Below the pieces are notes generated by a model. It saw only the letters and a list, made by a program, of their open reading frames with translations, was not told the origin of the DNA and searched no databases. Below are positions 28,142-57,261 of a DNA stretch of 64,000 bases, in pieces. Positions within the stretch are counted from its first letter, which is position 1. The number at the start of each line of letters is the position of its first letter. Origin of the DNA: Octopus vulgaris (taxonomy: Eukaryota); the NCBI GenBank assembly GCA_951406725.2, contig OX597819.1:41478001-41542000 (forward strand). Direction: 5' to 3'. Both the position numbers and the translations under genes were made by a program.

Positions 28142-28962
28142 TGTGTGTGTATACTCACACAACTATATACACATACATACATACATACATACATACATAC
28201 ATACATACACACTCACTCGTACACACATCAAAGAAAATATGAAATATATCTATGTTACTGTTTTAAAAATTCAATCTTTATTCAAGAAATAATAACCACC
28301 TACGCACACACAGTCACTCACAATCTCTCTCTCTTTCTCTCTCACGCAGACACACAAACACACACACACACACACATACTATCACTCTTCCTCCCACACA
28401 CGCACACAATCACTCACAGAGAGTCAATCACATGCTATGTATATGCACATACAGGCGTACATATATGCACACGCATGTGTGTATTCATACTGTGATGTAT
28501 TAAAGAAATCGACAATGAATTCACTGTGTGAAAAATGCCTCAAGTGTATTCCACCATACACATCACACCAGTGTATAATTGGTTTCAAATTTTGGCACAA
28601 GTCCAGCAATTTCATGATCAACTGGTCCTTATTTTATCGACTCAGATAAGATGAACGGCAAAGTCGACCTTGGCAAAATTTGAGCTCAAAACGCAAAGGC
28701 CGACGAAATGGCGCCATCCATCTTGTCCGGTGCGGTAACGATTCTACTAGCACACCGCCCTACATTTGTATATAATCACAAGCACATTTCTACAAACGTA
28801 CACACATACAGCACGATAACAAATACGCATGCCCGCACATTTTTTATAGCTTGCAGACATACAATTAGGTTTTTATCTAAAACAGAATATATTTCCCGCC
28901 CAACAGTAACTTCTATGTCTCTCTAATTACATATTGTCTATAACAGTTACTTTTTGATTTTA

Positions 28963-42813
<13,851 letters not shown>

Positions 42814-43870
42814 TATTGTTTGTTCTTATTTCTCTTTTACTTTTTACGTTTCTTTTAATGTTTATTTTCGTTGTATTTCTATTTCTTGAGGAATGATGGA
42901 AATCTGGAAAAGGAAACGGAAAAGACAAGATGAAATCTATAATAACATGGAAGGAAAAGTAATTGGCCGTGTTAACTAAACTGGTGCGTTGATAAATAGT
43001 AATAAACTTAAAACTAGTTCGAATATATTTGAAAGATATTTGAACCTGTAAAGGCTCTTCGCTGCAGTTTGTCGTGGAGAAAATAAAGTTCTCGCTGAAG
43101 ACAAAAAGGTGTTAAAACACCGTGGTCAGCTCAGAGTGCACTCTGTTGGATTGGTAGATATATTTCGAACTCATTTGTTCTCTTCTGCACCGTATACCAA
43201 CTGAGACAACGTTGATTAGGAAGAAATACTTCCTTTATCGTAACTCAATAAATATTATTTATTGATAGAGCATATTGGTTGTCAGGTCGGAACAGATACG
43301 TGAGTAGATGTGCAAAAGAGTTACGGAAAGTATATAAACTTCAAACTAGTTCAAATATGCAGTTTGTCGTAAAGCAAAGATTCTTACATAAGACAAAAAC
43401 ATTTGAACTGGTCTTAAATTTATATGACCAAAAGAGTGATTGCAAAATTCTAGCCTCCAAGAATGAGAAGGTCCTCCGCAACAAAATGTGCTCCGACTCC
43501 GTTAGAATCTATGGCAAAGAAAAAATACAGCATGGTACCTGGTACCTACATATAATTGTTCATAGTCTTGTATAATGAAAAATAAAATTCATATCCAATA
43601 AAATTCCATATCCAAATGAACTGGTTCAAGGAACAGAAAATCTAACATTGCAGTTGTCAATAAAAAAAAATAACTTTTGGATATCTCAGAATCGACGTTG
43701 ATATTCTTGAAGACCAAAATATTGACCATAAAGTATTCTATAAGATTGCTAACTAGTCAGTGGCATATTTGAAAACTTGTTTGATTGTATACGAAGCCAT
43801 CTCAACCATCTGCATGAAATTATATCATTATCGAGAAAAGCAATATATATATATACAACACAATGCAGAC

Positions 43871-44903
<1,033 letters not shown>

Positions 44904-45431
44904 TTTATATATATATATATACATACATGTTTGCATTGTATTGTAACTTCGGTCGGTGAAGACAATTTTAACTTGCATTATGCAAGAATATAAGACAGTA
45001 CTCAGAAAGAACAAATTACTTACCTTCTGATTGGCTTTTTTTGTTTCTTCTCACTGAGGAAAAGAACACGATAGTTCTTTTATAAAGAAGTGGTAAAGGA
45101 TGATAGTGCCACGATATCTAGTTGAATTCTACACCAATCAACATCATTACACCTGTTTCATTGCTGAAAAAGAGCCACGTAAATTCAACAGTTATAGAAA
45201 TAGAACAGTCAATTTGCACATGTGGACAAAATATAATATATTTTAACGATTTCAAAGGAGATATAAATAATTTGGGAAGGATGAGACATCAAATAAGCCA
45301 ATCGGTGTCATATAAGAACTTTCTCACCAACAAATAAAGAAGTCATCGTGAATCAATGAAATCAATTGATTTTCGTTGACAACTTGTTTTATAGCTATTG
45401 ATTCGGAACAGTTATATTAGTACTCAGCTCG

Positions 45432-45960
45432 ATATTTCAACTGAAAATAAACATTATTAACTATATTTCAAGTGAAAACAAACATTATTATATAATTCCA
45501 ACTGAGAACGAACATTACTAAAAATAATGATTTCAAGTGAAAACAAACATTATTATATTTCTAATGAAGACAAGCATTATTAAATATAATATTAAGTATA
45601 ATCTTTTCAGCTAACTCCAAACATTGTAAAATATAGTTATTTCAGAAATTACAAGCAAAAACAAACATTATTAGATGCAATAATTCCAACTGAGAACGAA
45701 CATTACTAAAAATAATGATTTTAAGCGAAAACGAACATTATTTAATACAGTTATTTCAACTGAAAGAAAAAAATTGTTGAACGTTTTTCATTTGAAAACC
45801 TAAACTTTATTGAATATAATTATATTTCAACTGAAAACAAATATTATTAAATATAAATCGTTTCACCTGAAAACAAACTTTATTAGATATAATTATTTTA
45901 CCTTAAAACAAACGTTATTAAATATAATTCTTTCAACTGAAAACAAACATTTAAATAAGC
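45432..45960. repeat. Degenerate minisatellite, unit about 30-33 bp
   Basis: Recurrent TTTCAACTGAAAACAAACATTATTAAATATAA-like units; further decayed units at about 46840-47005. Confidence 0.75.
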
Positions 45961-45989
45961 TATTCCACCAAAAAGTATTATTGATTATA

Positions 45990-46584
45990 TTCATTTCTTC
46001 ATTGCCCACAGGGAGCTAAACATAGAGGGGATAAACAAGGACAGACAAATGGATTTTAGTCGATTACATCGACCCCAGTGCGTAACTGGTACTTATTTAA
46101 TCGAACCTGAAAGGATGAAAGGCAAAATCAGCCTCAGCGGAATTTGAACTCAGAACGTAACGGCAGACGAAATACCTATTTCTTTACAGTCCACAAGGGG
46201 CTAAACACAGAGAGGACAAACAAGGACAGACAAACGGATTAAGTCGATTATACCGATCCTAGTGCGTAACTGGTATTTATTTAATTGACCCCGAAAGGAT
46301 GAAAGGCAAAGTCGACCTCAGCGGAATTTGAACTCAGAATGTAACGGCAGTCGAAATACCTATTTCTTTACTACCCACAAGGGACTAAACATAGAGAGGA
46401 CAAACAAGGACAGACAAATGGATTAAGTCGATTACATCGACCCCAGTGCGTAACTGGTACTTATTTAATCGACCCCGAAAGGATGAAAGGCAAAGTCGAC
46501 CTCGGCGGAATTTGAACACAGAACGTAATGGCAGACGAAATACGGCTAAGCATTTCGCCCGGCAAGCTAACGATTCTGCCAGCT
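45990..46584 (-). mobile_element. SINE tandem array: one head + three bodies
   Basis: Same unit and same GAAATACCTATTTCTTTAC junction as the 20.7-kb and 22.2-kb arrays. Confidence 0.88.
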
Positions 46585-47079
46585 AAGAATTTAGAAAGTT
46601 CGTGAGAACGTGAAATAATTCTTTTTTCTTTTCATTAGCTGTGATACTCGAATCAGATAAAACTACACATAACAGCGTGTAAATACCCTTTTGGATAAAA
46701 AAAAAATGGTCGAAGGCTTCTCGAGGGACTTCGACTTTTTCTACCCCAAAAGTTTTTAAGCTAATATTTATTTATACGCTATTATTTGTAGCTTTATCTG
46801 ATTCAAACCCCACCCCAATTTATAATCAGATACATTTATTTCAATAGGAAACAAACATTATCAAATACAATTATTTCACGGTCGAATATTATTATTCCAA
46901 TTAAAAACACAAGTTTTTAGGTACAGTGACTGTAACTGAAAACAGACAATATTAAATTTAGTTAATTGAACTAAAGACAAAGATCCAAACATTATTAAAT
47001 ATATTCTTTCCTTCTATTTTAATTAATCCTGTCGTAGCTACCAGGGTTTACACAACAAGAAATTAGCTGTTGCTCCTTT

Positions 47080-49738
47080 AGTAAGGACCGCACTAACCGC
47101 CGTGGTGGTGGTGTGATGGTCTACGTTCGTTCAAATTTTTTGGTAATTCCTTGTGCCGATTTGAACGAATCACAAGAAGAAGTTTTTTTCTGTGACGTAC
47201 GTATGACCATGTCAACACTCCTGCTTGGCGTTGTTTATCGTCCCCCAAATTACCATCAGGACACACAGCTTTGCAACATCCTCCGAGCTGCAGCCAGGAA
47301 AACAGCCACTTATGTGTTTATTGCAGGCGATTTCAATCATCCTGAGATCGATTGGGAAACCTTCCGTTGGCCACAGAGTGCAAACGATTTTGTTGAGCTT
47401 GTGCTGGACTCAAACTGGTCACAAGTAGTCACCTCTCCAACAAGAGGCGACAACACCTTGGACCTGCTCTTCACCACAACTCCTGAAGCGGTTATCAATT
47501 GCACTACGGAGGAACCTCTAGGTGATTCTGATCATGCTATGATCATCGCCAATCTGGCTCTTGCGGGCAACAAACACCTGAACCATCTCCAATCTGCTTC
47601 CTTCGATTGGAAGAGAGCAGATCGGAACCTGTACCACACTGAACTACAGCACCCAAACTGGCGTGAATTCTACAACTCTGGAGATGTGAATACTATACTC
47701 CAGAGTATCCTGGACTCAATATGGGCAGCATGTGCAGCATCAGTGCCACGTAAACAAAAAAAGAAGAACCGCCCCAAAAGGGCAATTTGGGAAACTTCAG
47801 CGGTCCGACTTGCCAGGAAGGAACGTCGGACTGCTGAACAGGAATACAAGTTGCAAAAATCAGACACCAACAGGAAGAAGCGGAATAAATCCTCCAACCA
47901 TCTCAAGCAAGTGACAAAAAATGCAGTGCTTGAATTTGAACAGTGCATAGCAGCCAATCCTGACAGCAAGGTTTTCTGGAAATATGTGCATTCAAAGCAG
48001 AGACCTCACTCTCCAGTGGGCCCTCTTCGCAACCCTCACACGAACCAGATCACTGACGACCCCAAGGAATGCGCAGAACTCATTGCCGAGTGCTATGCAA
48101 ACATATTCACTGTCGAAAGTCAAAATGTACCATCTTCACCATCACTAACAGCAAACTCCATAATAACTATGGAATTTACACCTGCAATGCTGCGACGTCA
48201 CCTTCAAAATAAGCGCAACTATGCCTCCCCTGGTCTCGATGGAGTTACATACCTGCTTCTCAAACGTGGCAGGCACTTCCTTTTACACCAGCTTTCTATT
48301 TTCTTCCAGTACTGTCTCAACAATGGTGCTACTCCGGAGCAGTGGAAAACTGCCAGTGTCATTCCTCTGTTCAAAAAGGGTGACCGCACATCACCTGTCA
48401 ACTATCGCCCAGTCAGTCTCACTAGCTGTATTGCAAAACTGATGGAATCGTGTGTCAGAGAAACACTCTGGAACTTCTGGAGCTCTCACAGTCTCATCCG
48501 ACCCTCACAATATGGATTTGTCCCTAACTCCAGCTGCAGTGACCAGCTTGTCGAGTTCCTTGAGGACATTACTCAGATCACTGACAGTGGCTCATGGGTG
48601 GATGTTGTCTACCTTGACTTTGCTAAGGCTTTCAACTCTGTGCCACACAAAAGGCTTATGGTGAAACTCTCTGCAATGGGTGTGGGGGATGACCTTTTTA
48701 ACTGGTTGAAATCCTTCATCCTCAGCCGAAAGGAGGTAGTCACAGTTCTAGGACAGCACTCTACACCATATGAGATGTCATCGGGTGTACCACAGGGATC
48801 TGTCCTTGGTCCCCTCCTGTTTGTGGCATACATTAATGACATAGATGCCAATTTAAAGAATGCCACAGTATTGAAATATGCAGACGACATCAAGCTGTAC
48901 CTTGAAATCAAGAGGACTGATCCTGATGTCTACAACTCTTTCCTGCAATCAGACCTAGACACAATGCAGCAATGGATCACAGACTGGCAACTGAAACTGG
49001 CTGTGGATAAGTGTACCACCATGCATTTTGGGAGAAAAAACCCTGCGTCCACATACTCCCTCCACAACACTGATATCAAGAAATCCTCTTGCGAGCGTGA
49101 CCTAGGCATCACTGTCAGCAGTGATTTGCGTTGGACAAAGCATATCTCTAAAATTGTCAAGAAGGCCGAGGGTGTCTTGGCATCACTCAGCAAGACTTTT
49201 GTTAGCCGCTCTCCAGCCATCTATTTAAAACTGTATACAGCTATGGTACGACCGCACTTGGAATTCGCATCATCAGTTTGGAATCCCTATCTTGCTCAGA
49301 ACATTGACCTCCTGGAATCTGTCCAGAGACGTGCAACCAAACGCATACCCTCCATCAGACACCTACCATATTCTGAGCGCCTTGTTTCCCTGGGCATGGA
49401 TTCACTGAAGCTCCGGCGTCTGGCGACGGACTTGGTAAACACCCACAAGGTTATCAACCACCTCACCAACAACAACACTGAACACCTTTTTGATCTCCAT
49501 GTGTCTAACACACGTGGACATGCCTACAAAGTCAGAAAACAGCACAGCTCCCATGACTTTCGGAAACATTTTTTCACGCTCAGGGTTGCTGAAGCGTGGA
49601 ATAAACTGCCTGCATCAGTTGTTGACTGCCATGACACTGCATCCTTTAAGGCCCTCATGCTTCCCGAAATCCGTCGAAACTACACCTGATTATATATACA
49701 CTTTAGATGAGTTGTAGTGCACCTGAGCACTGTACACA

Positions 49739-49800
<62 letters not shown>
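47080..49800 (+). mobile_element. CR1-type LINE, 5'-truncated, with uninterrupted ORF2 remainder (47113..49689) and (ATT)n tail
   Basis: APE endonuclease motifs (DR..RGGGV, GVVYRPP, AGDFN, TRGDNTLDL, SDH), RT motifs (NYRPVSLTS, YLDFAKAF, GVPQGSVLGP, YADD), and a CR1-like C-terminus (RPHLEFA..VWNP, TRGH..K, FFTLRV...WNKLP). Short 3' UTR, then (ATT)n to about 49800. Confidence 0.93.
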
Positions 49801-49801
<1 letters not shown>

Positions 49802-49821
49802 GTACAAAATAATTCGGCTAT

Positions 49822-50007
49822 TAGTGCTCCACAACCCTTTTCCACTTGCGGCACACTTATATTCTTTTCAAAATTCTGAGGCACACCTGAACTAAAAATA
49901 TAGCTAAAGGTATAGGAGAAAAAATTACATTCAGGGTACACTGCGGCACACTTAGCATCGTTTTGTGGCACATCAGTGTGCCGCGGCATACCGGTTGCAG
50001 AGCACTA
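49822..50007. mobile_element. hAT-like MITE (degenerate)
   Basis: TAGTGCTCCACAACC / GGTTGCAGAGCACTA termini and internal GCGGCACAC repeats; no clear TSD. Confidence 0.6.
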
Positions 50008-50211
50008 GTCTTTTTGTTTTGTTTTTTTTGTTTTTCATTTTTTTCTGTAGACGCAGGAGTGGCTGTGTGGTAAGTAGCTTGCTTACCAACCACATGGTTC
50101 CGGATTCAGTCCTACTGCGTGGCACCTTGGGTAAGTGTCTTCTACTATATCCGCAGACCGACCAAATCCTTGTGAGTGGATTTGGTAGACGGAAATTGAA
50201 AGAAGCCCGTC

Positions 50212-50266
<55 letters not shown>

Positions 50267-51689
50267 TATAAATGTGTGTGTGTGTGTGTGTGTGATTTTT
50301 ATGTTTGTGTGTCTGTGTTTGTCCCCCCCAACATCGCTTGACAACCGATGGTGGTGTGTTTACGTTCCCCTAACTTAGCGGTTCGGCAAAAGAGATCGAT
50401 AGAATAAGTACTAGGTTTACAAAGAATAAGTCCTGGGGTCGATTTGCTCGATTAAAGGCGGTGCTCCAGCATGGCCGCAGTCAAAATGACTTAAACAGGT
50501 AAAAGAGATAAAAGAGACTACTTAGATATATTCTCGGTGAGAGAGAAAAAAAAACTTATCCAAAGATACGGTAGAACACCTGTTGGACCAATGAGGATGC
50601 TTGTATGTAATCAAACACACACGCACGCATACACACTTACACCTTCACATACATACATACATACATACATACATACATACATACATACATACATACATAC
50701 ATACATGTATACACGCATGCCTAGTTTACCTTTGTTGCTTTTGAACCGTCATTTCTTCTGACTCACTTTCAGTTTTCTGACTCCTGGTCTTTTCAGCAAG
50801 ACTTGACACAGAACAACGCATGTTTCTGTCACTCGTGTATGTATTCTTTGCTTCAACTATATTCTTCCGGTCTAATTATATAACTTTCGAAGAGCTTTTG
50901 CTCAAAATGTCAAAGGCATGATTGAGCGTCCAATTATTACACCTTACCAGCACATTGTCTTCGTTACTATTGGTGTTGCTAATTTTGAAAACACAGACAT
51001 AAATACACACTCACACACACACACTCACACACACGCGCACACATACACATACACACACACATCTAAATATATACGTGTGTACGTGTGAGAGTGTGTTTGC
51101 AAATGACGTGAACAAATATTTCTTCCATTTTATTTGGAGACGATCAATAGTTTCTTCCAATCTTTGATAATTTTATCCTACATCTTTAGCCTTTTCACCA
51201 AGAGTAGGTTTTTTTTAAAGTCTACCTGGGACGTTTTTCTATTTGAAACTGCTACATAGTCTCGGCCCGTCTCCAATAATTCTGTAGCCAATGATTCTCA
51301 AGTGCTTGAAAAATAACTTTTAAAAGCCTTTAAATAACCAGTAGTAGCTTTAAATTTTCTGGTAGGAATTTGGAGCTGCCTTTGGGCATGGTCACTTAGA
51401 ATTTAAAATGTTATACAAAATTGAAGCAAAGCGCAAGAAATAAAAAGTTAAAATTTGATCTAGCATTTGCCTTCTATGCCTGGTTGCACCATCAAACCTT
51501 ATGGAATTATATCTAGTTTCAGATTCAAATTTGGCAACTACTAATATAGTGACGTTCAGCTTTTGTCTACGGAACGCTGAACAGAAAGCAATTGTGTAAA
51601 GTGACTGGATGTATTTGCTTTTAGGAGTGCTTTATGAATGTTGTATAACAATTTGATAATTCTTTTATCACGACCTCACCCAAGTTAAC

Positions 51690-52290
51690 TGAACTTAAAT
51701 CGCTCAATAACATATCAATCAAAAACGTTGGCGACTTCAAATATCTTAGATCACACATAGTAGACTCCGAAAAGGACTTTCACATCCGCAAAGGTCTTGC
51801 TTGGGATGCATGTAACAGACTTGATACGGTCTGGCACTCAAACCTTCCACCCACGTTAAAAGTTAAAATATTTAGAACACTGATTGAGACGGTCCTTCTC
51901 TATGAATCAAAGACCTGGACCTTATCGGCTCTCTTAGAAAAACAACTCGATGGAACATATACCAACCTGCTCAGAAAGATACAGACCATCAGTTGGAGAT
52001 CACACCAAACACAGTAACATCTGCGGAAATCTGATACCAATATCCCTCAAGCTAAAGTAGAAACGACTGGCCATTGTCATCGAGCAGAGAAAGAGGTTAT
52101 CTCTTTCCTGCGCCTATGGCATCCCTCTGGACGTGTTTTCTCCAGGAAACTGACATTTCCAGATACTATATCTCGGGACTCAGGGCTGGAAATTAGAGAT
52201 CTGAACACAGCAATGCAGGACTGTGCAGTGTGAAAAGGAATTGTCAATGGAGTTCCGACCAACCATTGATTGGTCGAAGGATGATGATAA
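51690..52290 (+). mobile_element. RTE-clade LINE, decayed 3' fragment
   Basis: VGDFKYL.SHI.DSEKDFHIRKGLAWDACNRL..VWHSNL...LKVKIFRTLIETVLLY.S.TWTL...LEKQLDGTYTNLLR; ends in GATGATGAT. Confidence 0.8.
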
Positions 52291-53182
52291 CAATTTGTGG
52301 TGAATTGTAGAAACAATCAGCTGAGTACATCTATTTTACACTAACGGAGAGAAGTATATTCTCTCGAGGTTCTTTTCCCCAATATTGAGTTGCACTTTTA
52401 TGACAGATGCGCTTTGTCAAAAACTTTAACAAACCCTCAGAATACCCCGAGCTGCGTTTCTTCTTTTGTCCACAGGCTTTCATGTGACCACTCAATAAAA
52501 GACTTTGTTGCTAAATTTTCATGCAATGGAAATTTCTGTATTTTCTTGTTGTATTTTTAGCTCCACGCTCTATATCGATGATTCCTCCATTTTCTAAAAG
52601 ATATATTTGGCGCTGTAGGAGCACTATTTCCATTTGGCGGAACTGTTATCCATCTATATGTAATTTGGTTAGTGTAGCCAACCGCTTTACCTCACGCATA
52701 GATACACACTGCCGCCTATTACAAAATCTTGGGAAAAGTTTAACCAGTCCCAGCCGAGCCTCCAAGAAAATCGGACGTAATTTGTCATGTCGCTGTCGGA
52801 GCTCATCTCTACCTCGTGGACAATATCGAAGGAAGAAACACTCTAGAACTAAATAACTATTTATGGACTGCGCGAACATTTATCCTGTTCACATTTTACA
52901 GTGTTACATGTTATTTATGCTGCATACACCTTCTTCTGGATTTGTGACCCTATAACGAGTAGCTCAAACTATTCTTTTGTTCACTTAGGACACTATTATA
53001 CCATACCTCTGAATGTTATACCCTGTAAGCTATCAAGCAAACCTTGATTTAATGCTATCGTCATTAACTCTTATAATAAATTATTATGTTCTATTAACGT
53101 TGTCGATTATTGCATTACAAGGTATTATACTACTGCTGCTATAAAAAGTCAGGTATTATTTTAGTGTCTATTCACTAAAAAT

Positions 53183-55812
53183 TGGTGACCCCGAGCTAAA
53201 AGAATTGCAGTCTTCGCTCGCATCTCCGCTAAATGTTGGTGATTCAAGTGAACCATCTTGAATAATTCATCTTCTTCATCTCGAACTTGCACCAGAGAGA
53301 GTATGCATCCTTCTTCCAAGAAAATACACCGTGTTCTTTCAAATAATCTCCTTTTGAAATATTTTTCTCCCAAAATGTCAACTATCAACGTTTTATGCCA
53401 GTGAATACAGCTTGAAGCTTAGTCCAACTTGGCGCCTGTCTTCATCTGCCGCGTTGGTTTTTCCCGTGAATTTACCGCTCTGAGCATGCGCAGTAGATGC
53501 GCACGCCAAATGCCGCGGATTCTCTCTATTAAATGCGCCTGTCTTGGATTTGCCATGTGCCGTGACCTCGTAATTTTTACAACACTTCGATGAAAGATTT
53601 ATTCTTCTTTTCTCATCAGTTCGGCGTATATTCATCTCCAGGGGAACGAAACCTTTCATTTTTCAAGTAGGAAGACATTATTTCTTCCTAGCCTTCTTCG
53701 ACAGATCCAATGTTCCTAGCTGCTATGTCTGATGTTCTTGTTATCCAAGTTTTGCACTGTCCTTCCATCATGGGTAGCAACTCATTGCCGAATTTTACCG
53801 GCGATGTTCGCGTATGATTTGCCCAGATGGAGTCACATTTTGCGGCTAATACCATATCCTCGGAGGCACAACAGCTCCACATATTACTCAGTGCTATGCC
53901 AGCTTCTTTAACGTCGACAGTTAAAGATCTCATTGCCGACCCGCCAGCAGATGCCACTTATTACAGTGTTAAAACAGAGATCTTACGACGAAATTCTTTA
54001 TCGGCAGAGTAGAAATTTCGCACATTAGTGAACGATGAACAGCTTGGTGATCGTACACCTTCACAGCTATAACGTCGAATGAAAGAACTAGCTGAAAATG
54101 CGCCTGCAGATAGTGTAATGATCAAACAACTCTTTTTCTCCAGGATACCACCTAATGTTCAAGCTATTTTGGCGCCTATGACTGAAACCAGTTTGACAGA
54201 TCAACTAGCTTCTTCTGCAGACAAAATCATGGATTATACTGGCAACCCTGCAACGTCTACTTCGTTGGGACCACCTGCAAGCTCTTCTTCTTCCTTTCGG
54301 TAAGTTGCTTCGTTGTCGTCGGATAAGGAGCCCACTTCAGCAGTTACGCTGAAAGCAGTATTGGATCTTACTAGAGAAGTGCAACTCTTACGTGTCTCGC
54401 GCACTCAGTCTCCTCGACGTCGGTCAGGAAATCATTCTTTTTCGCCACATCGTCGTTCTCCTTCATTTTAATCATCGTTTTGTAGTATCACAGACGTTTC
54501 GGTACCTCCGCACGCCAGTGTAAACAGCCTTGTTCTTTTTCTAAGTCGGGAAACTCTTCGCTGGGGAACTGAGTACGTCACTTCCCCCGCCAACGCACAC
54601 TCATAACCGCGCATTCTTTGTTACGGATTCGTCTTCACATGTAGACTGTCTGATTGATACTGGGGTAGCTTGTAGTATTTGGCCCTTGAAGCTTCTTAAG
54701 GACAAACCCTCCGCTTTCACCAATTTCTCTGCAAGCTGTCAATCATTCTGATATTCCTACTTATGGCCAAATCTCTCGCTCTTTGGACCTGGATATGCGT
54801 AGAGATCTTACCTGGGTTTTCATCGTTGGGGATCTGCCAATCCTGTCCTGGGCGCTGATTTCTTACACCACTACAATCTTCTTGTGGATATGCGTGCACG
54901 TCGTTTATTGCGCGCGAATACAGATCTTTCCGTTTTTGGTCGTAAACCGTCGATCCTGGCAATCAGTCCAGATTTCTTTATCGCTGCTTCTGATGACCCA
55001 TAGCAATCGCCTCTACATTCCTTTCTGGAATTAACCAATTTGAACTTTGTAGTGAATACTCCAGCTCACTCTATCAAACATTTTATTGAAACCAAAGGTG
55101 CTCCTGTCTTTTCTCGCCCTCGTCGTCTCCCCCAGGAGAAATTGAAAGCGGTCAAGGCAGAGTGTAATCATATGTTGCAATTAGGGATCATTCACCCTTC
55201 TTCCAGTTCATGGGCTTCTCCATTACATATGGTCTCGAAATGCTCCGGAGATAGGTGTCCGACTGGAAACTTTTGGCGTTTAAATTCGATCACTGTGCCG
55301 GGTCGATATTCGATCCCTCACTTTCAAGATTTTGCTTCTTCTCTCCACGGATGTACCATCTTTCCGAAATTGTACCTGCTCAAAGCTTACCATCCAATGA
55401 CAGTGAATCTTGTTGATATACCAAAGACTGCCATGATAATCCCTTTTGGAGCATTTGAATTTTGGGTTAGGTAATGCTGCAAGTACTTTCCAGCGTTTCA
55501 TTGACGAGGTCGTTCGCGATTTTGATTTCGTATACTCCTATATCGACAACATTCTAGTTGCGAGTGCTTCGTCAGAAGAACATATCACTAACCTCCGCCT
55601 ACTTTTTGAACGATTTAGGCAGTACCAAGTTTGCATTAACCCAGCAAAGTGCGCTTTTGGTGCGTCTTCACTTGTCTTTATGGGCCACATCATTGGCACT
55701 AGACAAAGTGAAAGCTCTTCAGGATATTCCTCCACCTACTTCTTTGCGACAGCTTCGACAGTTCCTTGGTCTTAATTATTATCGCCGTTTTATTCCACAT
55801 TGTGCGGGCCTC
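53183..55812 (+). mobile_element. Ty3/Gypsy LTR retrotransposon, decayed (PBS, gag, protease, RT; truncated before RNase H/integrase)
   Basis: PBS TGGTGACCCCGA (53183-53194; complementary to the tRNA-Trp 3' end). gag (FAQMESHF...LGDRTPSQL, H.RFG..ARQCKQPCSF), slippery GGGAAAC at 54548-54554, protease LIDTG, RT (RPRRLP..KL, PSSSSWASPLHMV, FGL.NAASTFQRFIDEV, YIDN). Many stops and frameshifts. Confidence 0.88.
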
Positions 55813-56601
55813 CTGTTTCTTCTTTGCTATTTCGCATGTTTCTATTTAGACCGGTGCCCTCATCTTGGTTGTTATGGTGATTTATAAATATTTTAGCCAT
55901 TCTGTCCTCCACTTTTACTCTGATATCTACCACATTCAGTAATGTTCTTGGCATTTCAAACCAAATGAATCAAGAGGCACCTGAAGAAGGCCCATAAAGA
56001 AATTAGTTTGGAATTATATCAATATAGAATAATGATAATAATAATTCTTTATCTCAGAAATTCAAATAAAAGTTGACAGTCAACTGTATCGTTGTCATCA
56101 TCATCATCCTAATTTAATGTCTTCTAGTAGGTCAGGTTGTATGTCTTATATTTTGTTGTGGGTGCATTTTGATTGTAGATATATATTATAGAGAATGCTA
56201 GCATGGAAAGCGGACGTTAAACGATGATGATGAATATTATTAAGTTGATGTGAAACCATTGACCAAAGAGTACCTAGAACCTACATTATGGGAAAGACTG
56301 TTTACTCAGAAGAGGGAAAGTAAAGTCTTTCACAACTAATATATAAATACTTAAGCCAACTAAAGATCTTCGCTCAACCTGTTGGAAATATGAGCCAATC
56401 AGGTTTCATATTACAGTTTATAAACAGAACACTGTATAACGTGGTTGCATTATACAAACATATCTGTATCTGAAGTAAAGCATTTGGTCATAAAATGAGC
56501 ACAATCAAGCTTGACATGAGGCTAAAACAAAAATAAAATTCAATGCAATGTGTGATTTTGTTCTGGAGATCAAATAAATGCTACATTATATAACATCTGG
56601 T

Positions 56602-56801
56602 AGGCGGCGAGCTGGCAGTATTTCGTCTGTCGTTACGTTCTGAGTTCAAATTCCGCCGAGGTCGACTTTGCCTTTCATCCTCTCGGGGGTCGATAAATAA
56701 AAATACCAGTTTTGCACTGGGTCGATGTAATCGACTTAATCCCTCTGTCTGTCCTTGTTTGTCCCCTCTATGTTTAGCCACTTGTGGGTAGTAAAGAAAT
56801 A
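56602..56801 (+). mobile_element. SINE (Meta-like core) with internal deletion and 15-bp TSD
   Basis: TATATAACATCTGGT on both sides; head GGCGAGCTGGCA joined directly to GTATTTCGTC. Confidence 0.85.
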
Positions 56802-57261
56802 TATATAACATCTGGTGAAAACTGAAGTAAACATTAATGGGAGACAACCATTTTTACCATGGCTCATGAATGAATAGCAACTACGTAGAGATTTCCTTGT
56901 TAGTTCAGAATGGTTTTGTATTTTTAGCAAAGAGGCTTTTGTTAACTTAAGTACTATGTCCTCTGTTTCGATACTGAAACTAAGTCAATTGAACCAGTGT
57001 ATAATAAATAGATTATATATTATATACTATATAATAAATCATATATAATAAATAATAATTATATATAATAATAATAATTATATATAGTAATAATAATAAT
57101 TATTATTATATATACTATATAATAAATAATATATAATACATAATAATGATAATAATAAATATATAGTAATAAATACTATGATAAATAGATTATATATTAT
57201 ATACTATATAATAAATCATATATAATAAATAATAATAATTATATATAATAATAATAATAAT

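Noticed and set aside
52646-52879. - strand peptide faintly like a LINE ORF1 C-terminus (R..LRPIFLEAR...KLHIDG)
   Set aside because: Too short and degenerate to support without a profile search.
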